From Bacilli bacterium (GTDB lineage: Bacteria > Bacillota_I > Bacilli_A > ML615J-28 > CAG-313): a stretch of 64,000 bases of DNA. Where the stretch lies: NCBI GenBank assembly GCA_045589955.1, contig JAZNQD010000004.1:122-64121 (forward strand). Reading direction: 5' to 3'. Both the position numbers and the translations under genes were made by a program. The notes beneath the pieces were generated by a model, which saw nothing but the letters and a program-made list of their open reading frames with translations, was not told the DNA's origin and made no database searches. Positions 31,546-41,625 of the stretch are shown piece by piece; within the stretch, counting starts at the first letter, position 1; the number at the start of each line of letters is the position of its first letter.

Positions 31546-31603
31546 TATTTGATAACTCCTTTATAAGTATATAAATATAATATAATATACTTAGGGAGGA
31601 TAT

Positions 31604-32338
31604 ATGAGTGTATTAGAATTAAAACAAGTAAGTAAGGTCTTCAGTATTGAAATTGGTGACTATTTAGTTTTAGATAACATTGATTTAAAAGTCGATGAAA
31701 ATGAAATTGTTGGCATTGTTGGTCCATCTGGTAGTGGAAAAACTACTATTCTTAATATTATTTCTAAACTTCTAAAACCATCTAAAGGAGAAGTAATAGT
31801 AAGTGGTAAGTTGGGATATATGTTTCAAAAAGATTTACTATTTGAGTGGCGAACTATTTGGAAGAATTTATTAATTGGTTTAGAGATAACAAAACAAAAT
31901 ACTCAAGCAAATAAAGATAAAATAAAAGCTCGTCTTGAGAAATATGGATTAATCGATTTTATTAATAATTATCCTTCAGAGTTATCGGGGGGGATGCGTC
32001 AACGTATTGCTTTAATTAGAACACTAGCAACAAACCCATCACTTTTATTATTAGATGAACCATTTTCGGCACTTGATTATCAAACAAGAATAAACATTGT
32101 TAATGATATTTACACAACGTTAAAACAAGAAAAACTGGCATCTATTCTTGTAACTCATGATATAAGTGAAGCAATATCAATGTGTGATCGTATTATTGTT
32201 TTATCATCTCGTCCTGCTAAAGTAAAAAAAGAAATAGTACTTAATTTTAATAAAAACTTAAGTCCACTCGAAAGAAGAAAAGAAAGCATTTTTCAATCTT
32301 ACTTTGATCAAGTATGGTGTTTAGTTAATGAAGATTAA
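31604..32338 (+). CDS. ABC transporter ATP-binding protein (NitT/TauT family: sulfonate/nitrate/HMP type)
   Basis: Walker A GPSGSGKTT; signature LSGGMRQR; Walker B LLLDEP; 244 aa. Confidence 0.85.
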   Translation: MSVLELKQVSKVFSIEIGDYLVLDNIDLKVDENEIVGIVGPSGSGKTTILNIISKLLKPSKGEVIVSGKLGYMFQKDLLFEWRTIWKNLLIGLEITKQNTQANKDKIKARLEKYGLIDFINNYPSELSGGMRQRIALIRTLATNPSLLLLDEPFSALDYQTRINIVNDIYTTLKQEKLASILVTHDISEAISMCDRIIVLSSRPAKVKKEIVLNFNKNLSPLERRKESIFQSYFDQVWCLVNED

Positions 32339-33113
32339 GAATGAGTATAACATTAATCGTCGAAAAAACCGAGTGATTATTTTATTATTTCAAATATTAT
32401 TACTATTTGGAATAATAATATTATGGGAACTTTGTTCAAAATATAATATTATTGATAGTTTTTTATTTAGTTCACCTTCAAAAATAGTTATACTTTTATA
32501 TAAATATACAAGTTCTTTAGAAATCTTTAAACATATTGGAATTTCTCTAATTGAAACATTATTAGGCCTAATTATCGGAACAGTAATGGGGATAGTTATT
32601 GGTATTATCCTTTGGTGGAATAAGTTTTTATCAAAAGTTCTAGATCCATTTTTAGTCGTGTTAAATGCACTTCCTAAAACTGCACTTGCACCAATAATCA
32701 TAATCTGGGTAGGTACGGGAATAAAAGGTATTACTGTTGTCGCAATATCAATTTCATTGGTAATGACAATTATTCAATCATATAGTTACTTTATGATGGT
32801 AGATGAAGATAAAATAAAGATGATGAAAGCATTTAATGCTAACAAATTACAAATACTTTTTAAACTTGTATTACCAAGTAATTTTAGTAATATTATTAGC
32901 ATTATAAAGATAAACATAGGTATGGCTTGGGTAGGAGTTATCGTTGGTGAATTTATTGTTTCACGTGCTGGAATAGGATATTTAATAGTTTATGGTTCTC
33001 AAGTATTTAAAATGGATTTAGTTATGATGGGAGTAATTGTACTTGCGATTATTTCCTATGTTATGTACATGATTGTTAGTATAGTCGAAAAGAAAATGAA
33101 AGGAAAAAGATAA
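32328..33113 (+). CDS. ABC transporter permease (NitT/TauT family)
   Basis: 6-TM permease with an EAA-like loop. Translationally coupled to the ATPase. Confidence 0.8.
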   Translation: MKIKNEYNINRRKNRVIILLFQILLLFGIIILWELCSKYNIIDSFLFSSPSKIVILLYKYTSSLEIFKHIGISLIETLLGLIIGTVMGIVIGIILWWNKFLSKVLDPFLVVLNALPKTALAPIIIIWVGTGIKGITVVAISISLVMTIIQSYSYFMMVDEDKIKMMKAFNANKLQILFKLVLPSNFSNIISIIKINIGMAWVGVIVGEFIVSRAGIGYLIVYGSQVFKMDLVMMGVIVLAIISYVMYMIVSIVEKKMKGKR

Positions 33114-33114
33114 A

Positions 33115-34149
33115 ATGAAAAAGATTATTTTGATGTTTATATTAATGCTTATGGCTTTAAGCACATTTGCCTTAACAAGCTGTCGTAATAATAAATTAAT
33201 TAAGGTTAGGGTTGCAGAAGTTGCGCACTCTGTTTTCTATGCGCCACAGTATGTTGCTTTAGAACTTGGTTATTTCGAAGAAGAAGGATTAAAAATAGAA
33301 TTAATTAATTCAAATGGTGCTGACAAAGTTACTGCCGCACTACTATCAAGAGATGTTCAAATTGGGTTACAAGGCCCTGAACCAACTATTTACTTATATA
33401 ATAGTGATCAAAAAAACTATCTTGTAAATTTTGCCCAATTAACAAGAACGGATGGAAGCTTTATTTTTGGTAGAGAACCAGTTCAAAATTTTGATATTAC
33501 GATGTTAAAAGGAAAAAGTATTTTAGGAGGGAGAAAAGGTGGAGTTCCAGAAATGACATTAGAATATGCTTTAAAACAAGCAGGATTAAATGTTGTTCGT
33601 GATCAAAGTGAATTTGGTCCTGATGAAGTTAATGTTAGAACAGATGTTGCATTTGGTGCTATGGCTGGGTCTTTTATTGCAGGTGAAGGAGACTACACAA
33701 CTCTTTTTGAACCAACCGCAACAGAAATAGTGACATCTAACAAAGCATATCTATTATGTTCTGTTGGTGAACTGGTCGGAGAGGTTCCTTATACTGCATA
33801 TTCAACTACTTTAAAATATTATAATGAAAATAAGGAAATTTTAGAAAAATTTACTAGAGCTGTTTATAAAGGCTATTTATATATTCAAAATGCAACAGAT
33901 GAAGAAGTTGCAAAAGTTATGCTTAATCAATTTCCTGATTCAAATTTAGAATCATTAACTGAGGTAGTAAAAAGATATCGAGCAATAAACGCATGGGCAA
34001 ATACACCTATTTTTAATGAAGAAGGGTTCGAAAGACTTATGAATATCATGGAAGAAGCTGGTGAACTTGACCAAAGAGCTGATTTTGAAGTTATAGTTGA
34101 TACAGAAATTGCTAAAAAAGTTGTTAATCAAGTCAAAAATATTGATTAA
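33115..34149 (+). CDS. ABC transporter substrate-binding lipoprotein, NMT1/THI5-like (sulfonate/HMP/nitrate family)
   Basis: Lipobox ALTSC. NMT1/THI5-like fold pattern. 344 aa. Confidence 0.7.
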   Translation: MKKIILMFILMLMALSTFALTSCRNNKLIKVRVAEVAHSVFYAPQYVALELGYFEEEGLKIELINSNGADKVTAALLSRDVQIGLQGPEPTIYLYNSDQKNYLVNFAQLTRTDGSFIFGREPVQNFDITMLKGKSILGGRKGGVPEMTLEYALKQAGLNVVRDQSEFGPDEVNVRTDVAFGAMAGSFIAGEGDYTTLFEPTATEIVTSNKAYLLCSVGELVGEVPYTAYSTTLKYYNENKEILEKFTRAVYKGYLYIQNATDEEVAKVMLNQFPDSNLESLTEVVKRYRAINAWANTPIFNEEGFERLMNIMEEAGELDQRADFEVIVDTEIAKKVVNQVKNID

Positions 34150-34177
34150 TTTGTTATAATATTATCGAGGTGATAAT

Positions 34178-34681
34178 ATGTTTGAAAAAGTAGAATTTAA
34201 ATCAATTCAAAATATTTGTTATGAAAAATTAGGTACAGAAGGAGCTTTAATTTTAGCAGGAAATAAAGAAGAACATAATAACATGACAATAGGCTGGGCA
34301 ACGAGTGGGATTCTTTGGAGTAAACCAGTCGTAATTGCATATGTTAAACCAACTCGTTACACTTATGAATTTTGTAATAAATTTGATTCTTTTACAATTT
34401 GTTATTTCGATAATCAAAAGGAAGTATTAAAAGAATGTGGAACAAAAAGTGGTCGCAACATCAATAAAGATGAACTTTGTAATTTACATATCGAAGAACT
34501 TGATGGAGAAATTGCTTATCAAGAAGCATCAATTGTCATTGTATGTAAAAAAATCTATCAAGATGATTTTAAAAAAGATCAGTTTTTAGATATGTCTATT
34601 TATGAAAAAAGATATAATGATGATTTGCCACATCGCTTTTATGTTGGAGAAGTTATAAATGTATATAAAAAGGCCAACTAG
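34178..34681 (+). CDS. Flavin reductase-like FMN-binding domain protein
   Basis: NMTIGWATSG motif typical of the flavin reductase-like domain. 167 aa. Confidence 0.5.
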   Translation: MFEKVEFKSIQNICYEKLGTEGALILAGNKEEHNNMTIGWATSGILWSKPVVIAYVKPTRYTYEFCNKFDSFTICYFDNQKEVLKECGTKSGRNINKDELCNLHIEELDGEIAYQEASIVIVCKKIYQDDFKKDQFLDMSIYEKRYNDDLPHRFYVGEVINVYKKAN

Positions 34682-34769
34682 TTGGTCTTTTTCCTATGAA
34701 AAAATATTAAAAAATGTTATAATATAAATAATTAGAAGAATTGATGACACTTCTTGAAAGGAGTCACTT

Positions 34770-35621
34770 ATGGATAAAACTACAATAGAATTAATAGAAA
34801 AAGCATTACAAGAAGATCATTATTTAAATGATATTACGTCAAATTACTTGATTGATGCATCGAAAATTGCCGGTGGAAACTTTATTGCTAAAGCTACAGG
34901 GGTTGTTTCTGGACTTGAAGTAGTTGAAACAATCTTTAAACTTATAAATAAGAAAATCGAATTTGGTGTTCTTCGCCCTGATGGTTCATTCGTTAATCGT
35001 GGTGATGTTATTGCTTTTGTTCGAGGACCTGTTCGTGATATATTACGCGGAGAAAGAGTGGCTTTAAACTTTTTACAAAGACTTTCTGGCGTTGCTACAC
35101 TTGTAAGCAAGTATGTTCAAGAACTAAAAGGTACAAATTGTAAATTAATTGATACTCGTGATACTTTACCATTATTTAGAAATCTTGAAAGAAATGCTTT
35201 TGTTCATGGTGGTGGAGAAAATGGTCGTGATAATTTAGAAGAACGAGTTGTAATAAAAGATAATCACTTATCTGAAATCGATTCTATTCAAAATGCCGTG
35301 AATTTTTGTAAAAAAAATCTCTCTCGAAGTACTAAAATTGAAGTTGAAGTTGAAACAAAAGAAGAATTCATTGACGCTTTATCTTCAAAATGTGACGTTA
35401 TTATTCTTGACAATATATCAAATGAGTTAATGAAAGAATTAGTAACATTAAATAATGGTGAGAAAATACTTGTTGCAAAAGGAAATATTAATTATCAAAA
35501 AGCCCGTGCGGTTGCACTGACTGGTGTTAACTACATAATGGTTTCTAGTTTGAATCAGTCATATAAGGCTTTAGATATTATTTTAAAATTCTACAAGAAG
35601 TTTCGTTTCAAACTTGATTAA
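34770..35621 (+). CDS. nadC: Nicotinate-nucleotide pyrophosphorylase (quinolinate phosphoribosyltransferase)
   Basis: GERVALNFLQRLSGVAT motif and type II PRTase fold. 283 aa. Confidence 0.85.
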   Translation: MDKTTIELIEKALQEDHYLNDITSNYLIDASKIAGGNFIAKATGVVSGLEVVETIFKLINKKIEFGVLRPDGSFVNRGDVIAFVRGPVRDILRGERVALNFLQRLSGVATLVSKYVQELKGTNCKLIDTRDTLPLFRNLERNAFVHGGGENGRDNLEERVVIKDNHLSEIDSIQNAVNFCKKNLSRSTKIEVEVETKEEFIDALSSKCDVIILDNISNELMKELVTLNNGEKILVAKGNINYQKARAVALTGVNYIMVSSLNQSYKALDIILKFYKKFRFKLD

Positions 35622-35636
35622 TTAAAAAAATAATAT

Positions 35637-35676
35637 GCAGTAATAGAAAAAATTTCTATTACTGCTTTTAATTTTT
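35637..35676 (+). terminator. Rho-independent terminator after nadC
   Basis: Hairpin GCAGTAATAGAAAAAATTTCTATTACTGC followed by a T-run. Confidence 0.7.
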
Positions 35677-35746
35677 TCTAATATTGATACCTAAAGTTTA
35701 ATTGTATTAAATGAATCCTTTTGGATAAAATATAACTGAGGTTATT

Positions 35747-36385
35747 ATGGAATTTTTAACAATTATTATTAAAACAATTATTGGCTATATAACATTGATA
35801 TTAGTTATGCGCTTTATGGGAAAAAGAGAAATAGGTCAATTGAATTTATTTGATTTAGTTATTCTTTTAACGATTGTTGATTTATTAGTTGTCGGTATTG
35901 AAAATTACCAAAGTAATTTTCTGCTTTGGATTGGAGCAATTTCTTTACTAGGTATTATGCAAAAATTAATTGCTTTATTATTATTAAAATGTTCCTTTTT
36001 ACGATCAATTATCGATGGGAGAGAAAGTTTAATAATCAATAAAGGTAAAGTCATGACGAAGAATATGAAGAAGAATAACTATAATTATGATGATTTATTT
36101 GTCCAATTGCGCCTTAAGGATATTAAAAGTATTGAAGAAGTAGAATATGCAATTCTTGAAACCAATGGTGAACTATCGGTTTTTAAAAAAGAAGATTCTG
36201 ATGGCACTTTCCCTATCCCGCTTATTATTAGTGGATCAATTAATAGCGAAGCACTTGTTGCTTTAGGGTATAACAAAGAATGGTTAATATCCAAATTAAA
36301 AACAAAGAAATACAATGATTATCGTAAACTATTATTGGTTTTATATAAAGATAACGATATAATTATTTATGATGACTATAAGTAG
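35747..36385 (+). CDS. DUF421 (YetF/YdfS-like) membrane protein
   Basis: N-terminal 3 TM helices with GKREIGQLNLFDLVILLTI, plus the C-terminal soluble domain typical of DUF421. Confidence 0.6.
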   Translation: MEFLTIIIKTIIGYITLILVMRFMGKREIGQLNLFDLVILLTIVDLLVVGIENYQSNFLLWIGAISLLGIMQKLIALLLLKCSFLRSIIDGRESLIINKGKVMTKNMKKNNYNYDDLFVQLRLKDIKSIEEVEYAILETNGELSVFKKEDSDGTFPIPLIISGSINSEALVALGYNKEWLISKLKTKKYNDYRKLLLVLYKDNDIIIYDDYK

Positions 36386-36437
36386 CATTTTTTAAGTATT
36401 TCTAAGGAGTAAATGATATAATTTATTTGGTGATATA

Positions 36438-36749
36438 ATGACAAATAAAGAAATTGTGATTTTCTTTGAAAAACATATAATTCAAAAAATAATTCATATT
36501 CTTAGTAATTTGCAAGCAAATGATTTAGTTAATTTAATAAAGAGGAATAGTCAAGCAATTGTTAATTCTACTGATATTGTTCTTAATGAAAACTTCCCCT
36601 TTCAAATTCATCTTGATATTTTAAACAATTATGTAAATGGATATAAACGCCATTATTCAAATGTTGATGATTTAAAATTTCTAAGAATTGTCTATAATGA
36701 TTTTTGTTTATATTGGCAAAATATTAAAAGCCCCCAACTAATGTGTTAG
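36438..36749 (+). CDS. Hypothetical protein
   Basis: 103-aa ORF. The terminator hairpin AAAAGCCCCCAACTAATGTGTTAGTTGGGACTTTTTG overlaps its 3' end. Confidence 0.35.
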   Translation: MTNKEIVIFFEKHIIQKIIHILSNLQANDLVNLIKRNSQAIVNSTDIVLNENFPFQIHLDILNNYVNGYKRHYSNVDDLKFLRIVYNDFCLYWQNIKSPQLMC

Positions 36750-38245
36750 TTGGGACTTTTTGTTTTGATAATAGTAAAAGAACTACGATTTAACAGCTTT
36801 AATTTAATTGCTAAAATAACAGTAATAATCATTGATATAAAGGTAATTAATAAATAATGCAAATGAATAATTTTTAATAAATAAGCGAAAGCAAAAACAA
36901 ATATGAATATAAGTAGTATCGAAATTATATTATCGATGTTTAGTCGATATTTTGTGTATTTTTTAATAAAAAAGAACATGATGAGTGTATCTAAATATAT
37001 TATGAAAAGCAAACTTACAATTATCGAATAAACGTTTATAAATGGTACTATAGATAAAATACCAATTAAAAATAGTTTAATTACATTTAATATAACCGTT
37101 AATATAAACATTAGTTTGTTTTTACCAAGTGCCTGTAGTACTGATGTAAAAGGCATTTGTAAATAATAAGGAATTGTTAATAATACAGTATACTTGATAA
37201 TTTCAATTCCTTGAGATGAATTAAATAATAAGTTCATATATTCCTTATTAAATAGATAAAAAATTATACAAGAAAAGAAACCGGGAATTAATGAAAAAAT
37301 AATTGCCTTATCAATATAATAATGAATTTTGTTATATTCTTTTTTTGTATAGTTCTCAGAAATTCCTGGGATTATTGTTGTTGATACGGCATTAGAGACA
37401 AATGATGTTAAAGTAATGAAAGGGATAACGTATCCGGTGATTGTTGTATATGTTTCTTGAATATAATCATTTTTATATAATAAAAGAAGCAGTATATTTG
37501 TGTAAATAATTGGCTCTAAAAAATGGGTAAAACTACTAATAAGTCTGCTTAAAGTAGCAGGAATTGCCTCGTCAAGAATAGCCTTTGTTTCCTTGTTATT
37601 CGTTTTAGGAAGTCCTTTTAGATATTTTCTGATTTTAATTGATGAGTAAATGATTGATCCAATTTCTCCCAAAGCAAGCCCAAGAACACAAAATGATACA
37701 CTTAATATAATACTATAATTTATTGAAACTAATATCAAAATAATGGTTGCTGATATTCTTGTGATCTGTTCAATAAGAGTAGATATACTTGAAATACGCA
37801 TTTGTTTAATACCATTAAAATAGCCTTTTAAACCATCACTGATACCGACAAATGGAATTAAAATTATACTTGATAATATAGGAAAAAATAGATTAACATT
37901 TTTTAATAAAGTTTTCGTAAGAGGGCTAATAAAAAGAAGTAGAAAAATAATTGTTATCAGAGAAATAAATAAAGATAAAAGAATACTTTTTCTTAGTATC
38001 ATTTTATCAGAATATTTTTTTGTTACTTGATTTTCCGATATCATTTTTGAAATGACAGGATTTAAACTTAAAGATGAAATGCTTGTAAGTAAAATAATAG
38101 TTGGCATAGTTAAAACATATAATTGCATTCCATCTAAGCCTAAGATTCTTGTAATAATAATTTTATTTAATAATCCGAGAATTTTAATAATAAAACTGGT
38201 TAATAAAATAACCATAGTATTTTTAAAAAAAGAATTTGCTTTCAT
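36746..38245 (-). CDS. MOP-superfamily oligosaccharide flippase (Wzx/MurJ/SpoVB-like polysaccharide biosynthesis protein)
   Basis: About 14 TM helices. N-terminus MKANSFFKNTMVILLTSFIIKILGLLNKIIITRILG typical of SpoVB/MurJ-like proteins. Start moved to the internal ATG at 38245. Confidence 0.65.
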   Translation of the reverse strand: MKANSFFKNTMVILLTSFIIKILGLLNKIIITRILGLDGMQLYVLTMPTIILLTSISSLSLNPVISKMISENQVTKKYSDKMILRKSILLSLFISLITIIFLLLFISPLTKTLLKNVNLFFPILSSIILIPFVGISDGLKGYFNGIKQMRISSISTLIEQITRISATIILILVSINYSIILSVSFCVLGLALGEIGSIIYSSIKIRKYLKGLPKTNNKETKAILDEAIPATLSRLISSFTHFLEPIIYTNILLLLLYKNDYIQETYTTITGYVIPFITLTSFVSNAVSTTIIPGISENYTKKEYNKIHYYIDKAIIFSLIPGFFSCIIFYLFNKEYMNLLFNSSQGIEIIKYTVLLTIPYYLQMPFTSVLQALGKNKLMFILTVILNVIKLFLIGILSIVPFINVYSIIVSLLFIIYLDTLIMFFFIKKYTKYRLNIDNIISILLIFIFVFAFAYLLKIIHLHYLLITFISMIITVILAIKLKLLNRSSFTIIKTKSPN

Positions 38246-38366
38246 AATTTCCGACCTTCGATTAAGTATATGCAACTATCTAAAAAAATTAACATATTTC
38301 TTTAATAAAGTCGTATTTCGTGGTATAATAAGATATTAAAATACTTAAATTTATGGAGATTTACTT

Positions 38367-38879
38367 ATGAATTTTAACGATTATATTGCAACAGTTGAAG
38401 GATTTCCGAAAGAGGGAATCTCATTTAAAGACATTACACCCTTACTTCGTGATCAAAATGCTTTTCATGAAGCTTGTCATGAACTAGCTCTTTTTGCAAA
38501 AGAATCAGGAGCAAATGTAATTGTCGGTCCTGAATCTCGCGGATTTATTTTTGGGTGCCCAATTGCATATGAATTAAATGTTGGTTTTGTTCCTATTAGA
38601 AAACCAGGTAAACTACCTAGGGAAGCTGTTTCTGTTCAATATGACTTAGAATATGGAACAAATACATTATGTATGCATAAAGATGCATTAAAACCTGGTG
38701 ATAAAGTTGCTATTGTAGATGACTTACTTGCAACAGGAGGAACGATTGAAGCTGCAATTAAACTAATTGAAAGTTTAGGAGCTGAAGTTGTTTGTGTTTT
38801 ATGTGTTATTGAACTTGATGATTTAAAAGGAAAAGAAAAATTTGAGAGCATTCCTTTAAAAACTTTATTACATTTTTAA
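38367..38879 (+). CDS. apt: Adenine phosphoribosyltransferase
   Basis: PRPP-binding VAIVDDLLATGGT motif; 170 aa. Confidence 0.9.
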   Translation: MNFNDYIATVEGFPKEGISFKDITPLLRDQNAFHEACHELALFAKESGANVIVGPESRGFIFGCPIAYELNVGFVPIRKPGKLPREAVSVQYDLEYGTNTLCMHKDALKPGDKVAIVDDLLATGGTIEAAIKLIESLGAEVVCVLCVIELDDLKGKEKFESIPLKTLLHF

Positions 38880-38937
38880 TTTAATTAAATTTATTTAAAT
38901 TACTATTTTTTATTCTACTATTAACAAGGAGTAAAAT

Positions 38938-41175
38938 ATGACTAATGTTTTTGAACATGACTTCGATGCAAGCCAAAAGCAACAAGATGACAAAAAAACA
39001 ATAGATGATATTCTTCAAGAAGCAAGTCGATATTTAAAAGAACAAAAAAATATTGACATCATTAAACATGCTTATGAAGTGGCTGTCAAAAAGCATGAAG
39101 GTCAATTCCGTCGTTCTGGTGACCCTTATGTTCAACATCCGATTGAAGTAGCTTACATTCTTGCAACTATGAATACAGGCCCTGCAACTATAGCTGCAGG
39201 TTTATTACATGATGTATTAGAAGATACTGATATGACAAAAGAACAAATGGAAAAAGAATTCGGTTCAGAAATTACTCAAATTGTTGATGGAGTAACAAAA
39301 ATCAGTAAATTAAAATACATGACAAAAGAAAAAGCTCTTGCCCATAACCATGAAAAGTTATTACTGGCAATGGCAAAAGATATTCGTGTTATTTTGGTAA
39401 AACTTGTGGATCGCCTACATAATATGCGTACTATCCAATTCCATAAGTCAATTGATAAGCAAAAGACAATTGCTAAAGAATCATTAGATCTTTATGCACC
39501 ACTTGCTCATCGATTAGGGATTTCTCGCTTAAAAGCAGAACTTGAAGATCTATCATTTAAAGTACTAAATAGTGAAGAATATGATCAAATTGCTAAGATA
39601 GCTGGAGAAAAAAGAGTTGAACGTGAAAATGATATCAATGAAATGATGGAACAAATCAACACTTTATTACAAAAACAAAATATTTCTGGTTTTAAAATTA
39701 GCGGTCGTATTAAAAATATTTACAGTATTTATAAAAAAACAGTTCAAAAGAATAAAGGCTTAAATGACATTTATGATTTACTTGCATTACGTGTCATAGT
39801 CGACTCAGTTGAAAACTGTTATCGTGTTCTAGGATTAATTCATGGGAATTTTACACCACTGCCAATGCGTTTTAAAGATTATATTGCGGTGCCTAAACAA
39901 AACTTATACCAATCTTTGCATACTACTATCGTTGGTTTAAGTGGGAAAATATTTGAGGTCCAAATTCGTACTTTTGAAATGGATCAAATTGCTGAATATG
40001 GGGTTGCTGCTCACTGGGCTTATAAAGAAGGCCGTGATTATTCACATGAAGCAGAACAAGTTGAAATTACCAATAAACTTAAATGGTATAAAGATTTAAT
40101 TACTTATGTTGAAAATGCTGAAAATCAAGATCCTTTAAATAGTATTATTGATGATATTTTTAGTGCTAATGTTTATGTCTTTACCCCAAGAGGAGACGTT
40201 TTTGATTTTCCTAATGGTGCTACACCTTTAGACTTTGCTTATCGTATCCATTCAGGTGTTGGTAATAAAACTGTTGGAGCAATTGTAAATGGGAAAATTG
40301 TTCCTTTAACATATAAGCTTCAAACAAGTGATGTTGTTGAAATTAAAACTAATAATGCTTCAACTGGACCAACAGAGGCATGGCTGAAAATTGCTTTTAC
40401 TCAACATGCTAAAACAAAAATTAAAAACTATTTAAATAAAAAACAACGTGATGAAATAATTCAAAAAGGGATGGCAGACTTTAATGCTGCAGCAAAATTA
40501 GCTGGTCTTAATGTAAATGATATTCCTGAAGAAAAGCTAGCTGAGTTATTTAAATCACGCAATGTTAAGGATTTTGATGATTTCTACTGGGAAATTGGTA
40601 AAGGAAGTTTATCAATTCTTGGTTCAATCAATAAAATTCGTGGTGTTAATGAACATGCTTTATCAGAAGAAGCCTTGTTGCAACAATACAGTGAAGAAAC
40701 ATCAGCTGTTCGTACGCGTCGTAGTCATAATGGTTATGGTATTATTGTGGATGGTTTGGATAAAGCCCATATTAAAATTGGTAACTGTTGTCAAGCAGTT
40801 CATGGTGATGAAATAGTTGGGTATGTTTCTCGTGGTAATGGCATTATTGTTCATCGTAAGGGCTGCCCTAATATTAAAGAAGAAGATCGTGAACGTCTTA
40901 TTTCTTTAACTTGGGACCCATTATTTTCTGGTAAAGTATTTGAAACAACATTAAAAGTATATTCTATCGACCGTCGTAATGGTGTTGCCGACATGATTAA
41001 TGCCTTAAACTCAACTAAAGTAACTATTTCATCAGTTACTTCAACAAAGAGTAAAACCGGGGAATGTATTACTAAATTTAAAATTCAAGTAACCAATTTA
41101 GAAAATTTACATCTTGCAATTATTGCTTTACATAACTTACCAGATATTTATGATGTAGAAAGAGTGTTTAAATAA
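38938..41175 (+). CDS. relA: Bifunctional (p)ppGpp synthetase/hydrolase (RelA/SpoT homolog)
   Basis: HD hydrolase domain (HDVLEDT); synthetase domain (RxKxxxSIYxK); TGS and ACT domains; 745 aa. Confidence 0.95.
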   Translation: MTNVFEHDFDASQKQQDDKKTIDDILQEASRYLKEQKNIDIIKHAYEVAVKKHEGQFRRSGDPYVQHPIEVAYILATMNTGPATIAAGLLHDVLEDTDMTKEQMEKEFGSEITQIVDGVTKISKLKYMTKEKALAHNHEKLLLAMAKDIRVILVKLVDRLHNMRTIQFHKSIDKQKTIAKESLDLYAPLAHRLGISRLKAELEDLSFKVLNSEEYDQIAKIAGEKRVERENDINEMMEQINTLLQKQNISGFKISGRIKNIYSIYKKTVQKNKGLNDIYDLLALRVIVDSVENCYRVLGLIHGNFTPLPMRFKDYIAVPKQNLYQSLHTTIVGLSGKIFEVQIRTFEMDQIAEYGVAAHWAYKEGRDYSHEAEQVEITNKLKWYKDLITYVENAENQDPLNSIIDDIFSANVYVFTPRGDVFDFPNGATPLDFAYRIHSGVGNKTVGAIVNGKIVPLTYKLQTSDVVEIKTNNASTGPTEAWLKIAFTQHAKTKIKNYLNKKQRDEIIQKGMADFNAAAKLAGLNVNDIPEEKLAELFKSRNVKDFDDFYWEIGKGSLSILGSINKIRGVNEHALSEEALLQQYSEETSAVRTRRSHNGYGIIVDGLDKAHIKIGNCCQAVHGDEIVGYVSRGNGIIVHRKGCPNIKEEDRERLISLTWDPLFSGKVFETTLKVYSIDRRNGVADMINALNSTKVTISSVTSTKSKTGECITKFKIQVTNLENLHLAIIALHNLPDIYDVERVFK

Positions 41176-41624
41176 TGAAGGTAGTTATTCAAAGAGTAAA
41201 AAAAGCAACATGTAAAGTATTTGAAAATAATGAATATCAACATGTTTCAACAATTGATCATGGTTTTATGATTCTTGTTGGCTTTACGCATACTGATACT
41301 AAAGAAGTAGCTATAAAAATGGCCAAAAAGATTGTTGATTTACGTGTATTTAATGATGAACAAGGTAAAATGAACTTAAATATTCAACAAGTAAATGGTT
41401 CCATTTTATCAATTTCGCAATTTACACTTTATGCCGATTCAAAAAAAGGTAACCGTCCGTCATTTGTTGATTCAATGCGTGGAGATGTCGCAAAACCTTT
41501 ATATGAATTTTTTAATAAAACATTAAATGAATTAGGAGTTATTACAAAACCAGGTGTTTTTGGCGGCGATATGTTACTTGAACCACTTTGTGATGGACCT
41601 GTAACAATTGAAATGGAGTTTTAA
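41175..41624 (+). CDS. dtd: D-aminoacyl-tRNA deacylase
   Basis: SQFTLYAD and NGPVT motifs; 149 aa; conserved relA-dtd gene order. Confidence 0.9.
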   Translation: MKVVIQRVKKATCKVFENNEYQHVSTIDHGFMILVGFTHTDTKEVAIKMAKKIVDLRVFNDEQGKMNLNIQQVNGSILSISQFTLYADSKKGNRPSFVDSMRGDVAKPLYEFFNKTLNELGVITKPGVFGGDMLLEPLCDGPVTIEMEF

Positions 41625-41625
41625 T

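Noticed and set aside
31540-31603. Possible TPP or other riboswitch upstream of the NMT1/THI5-like ABC transporter operon
   Set aside because: The leader is only about 60 nt and lacks the CUGAGA/ACCUGA TPP motifs. It fits a simple promoter plus RBS.
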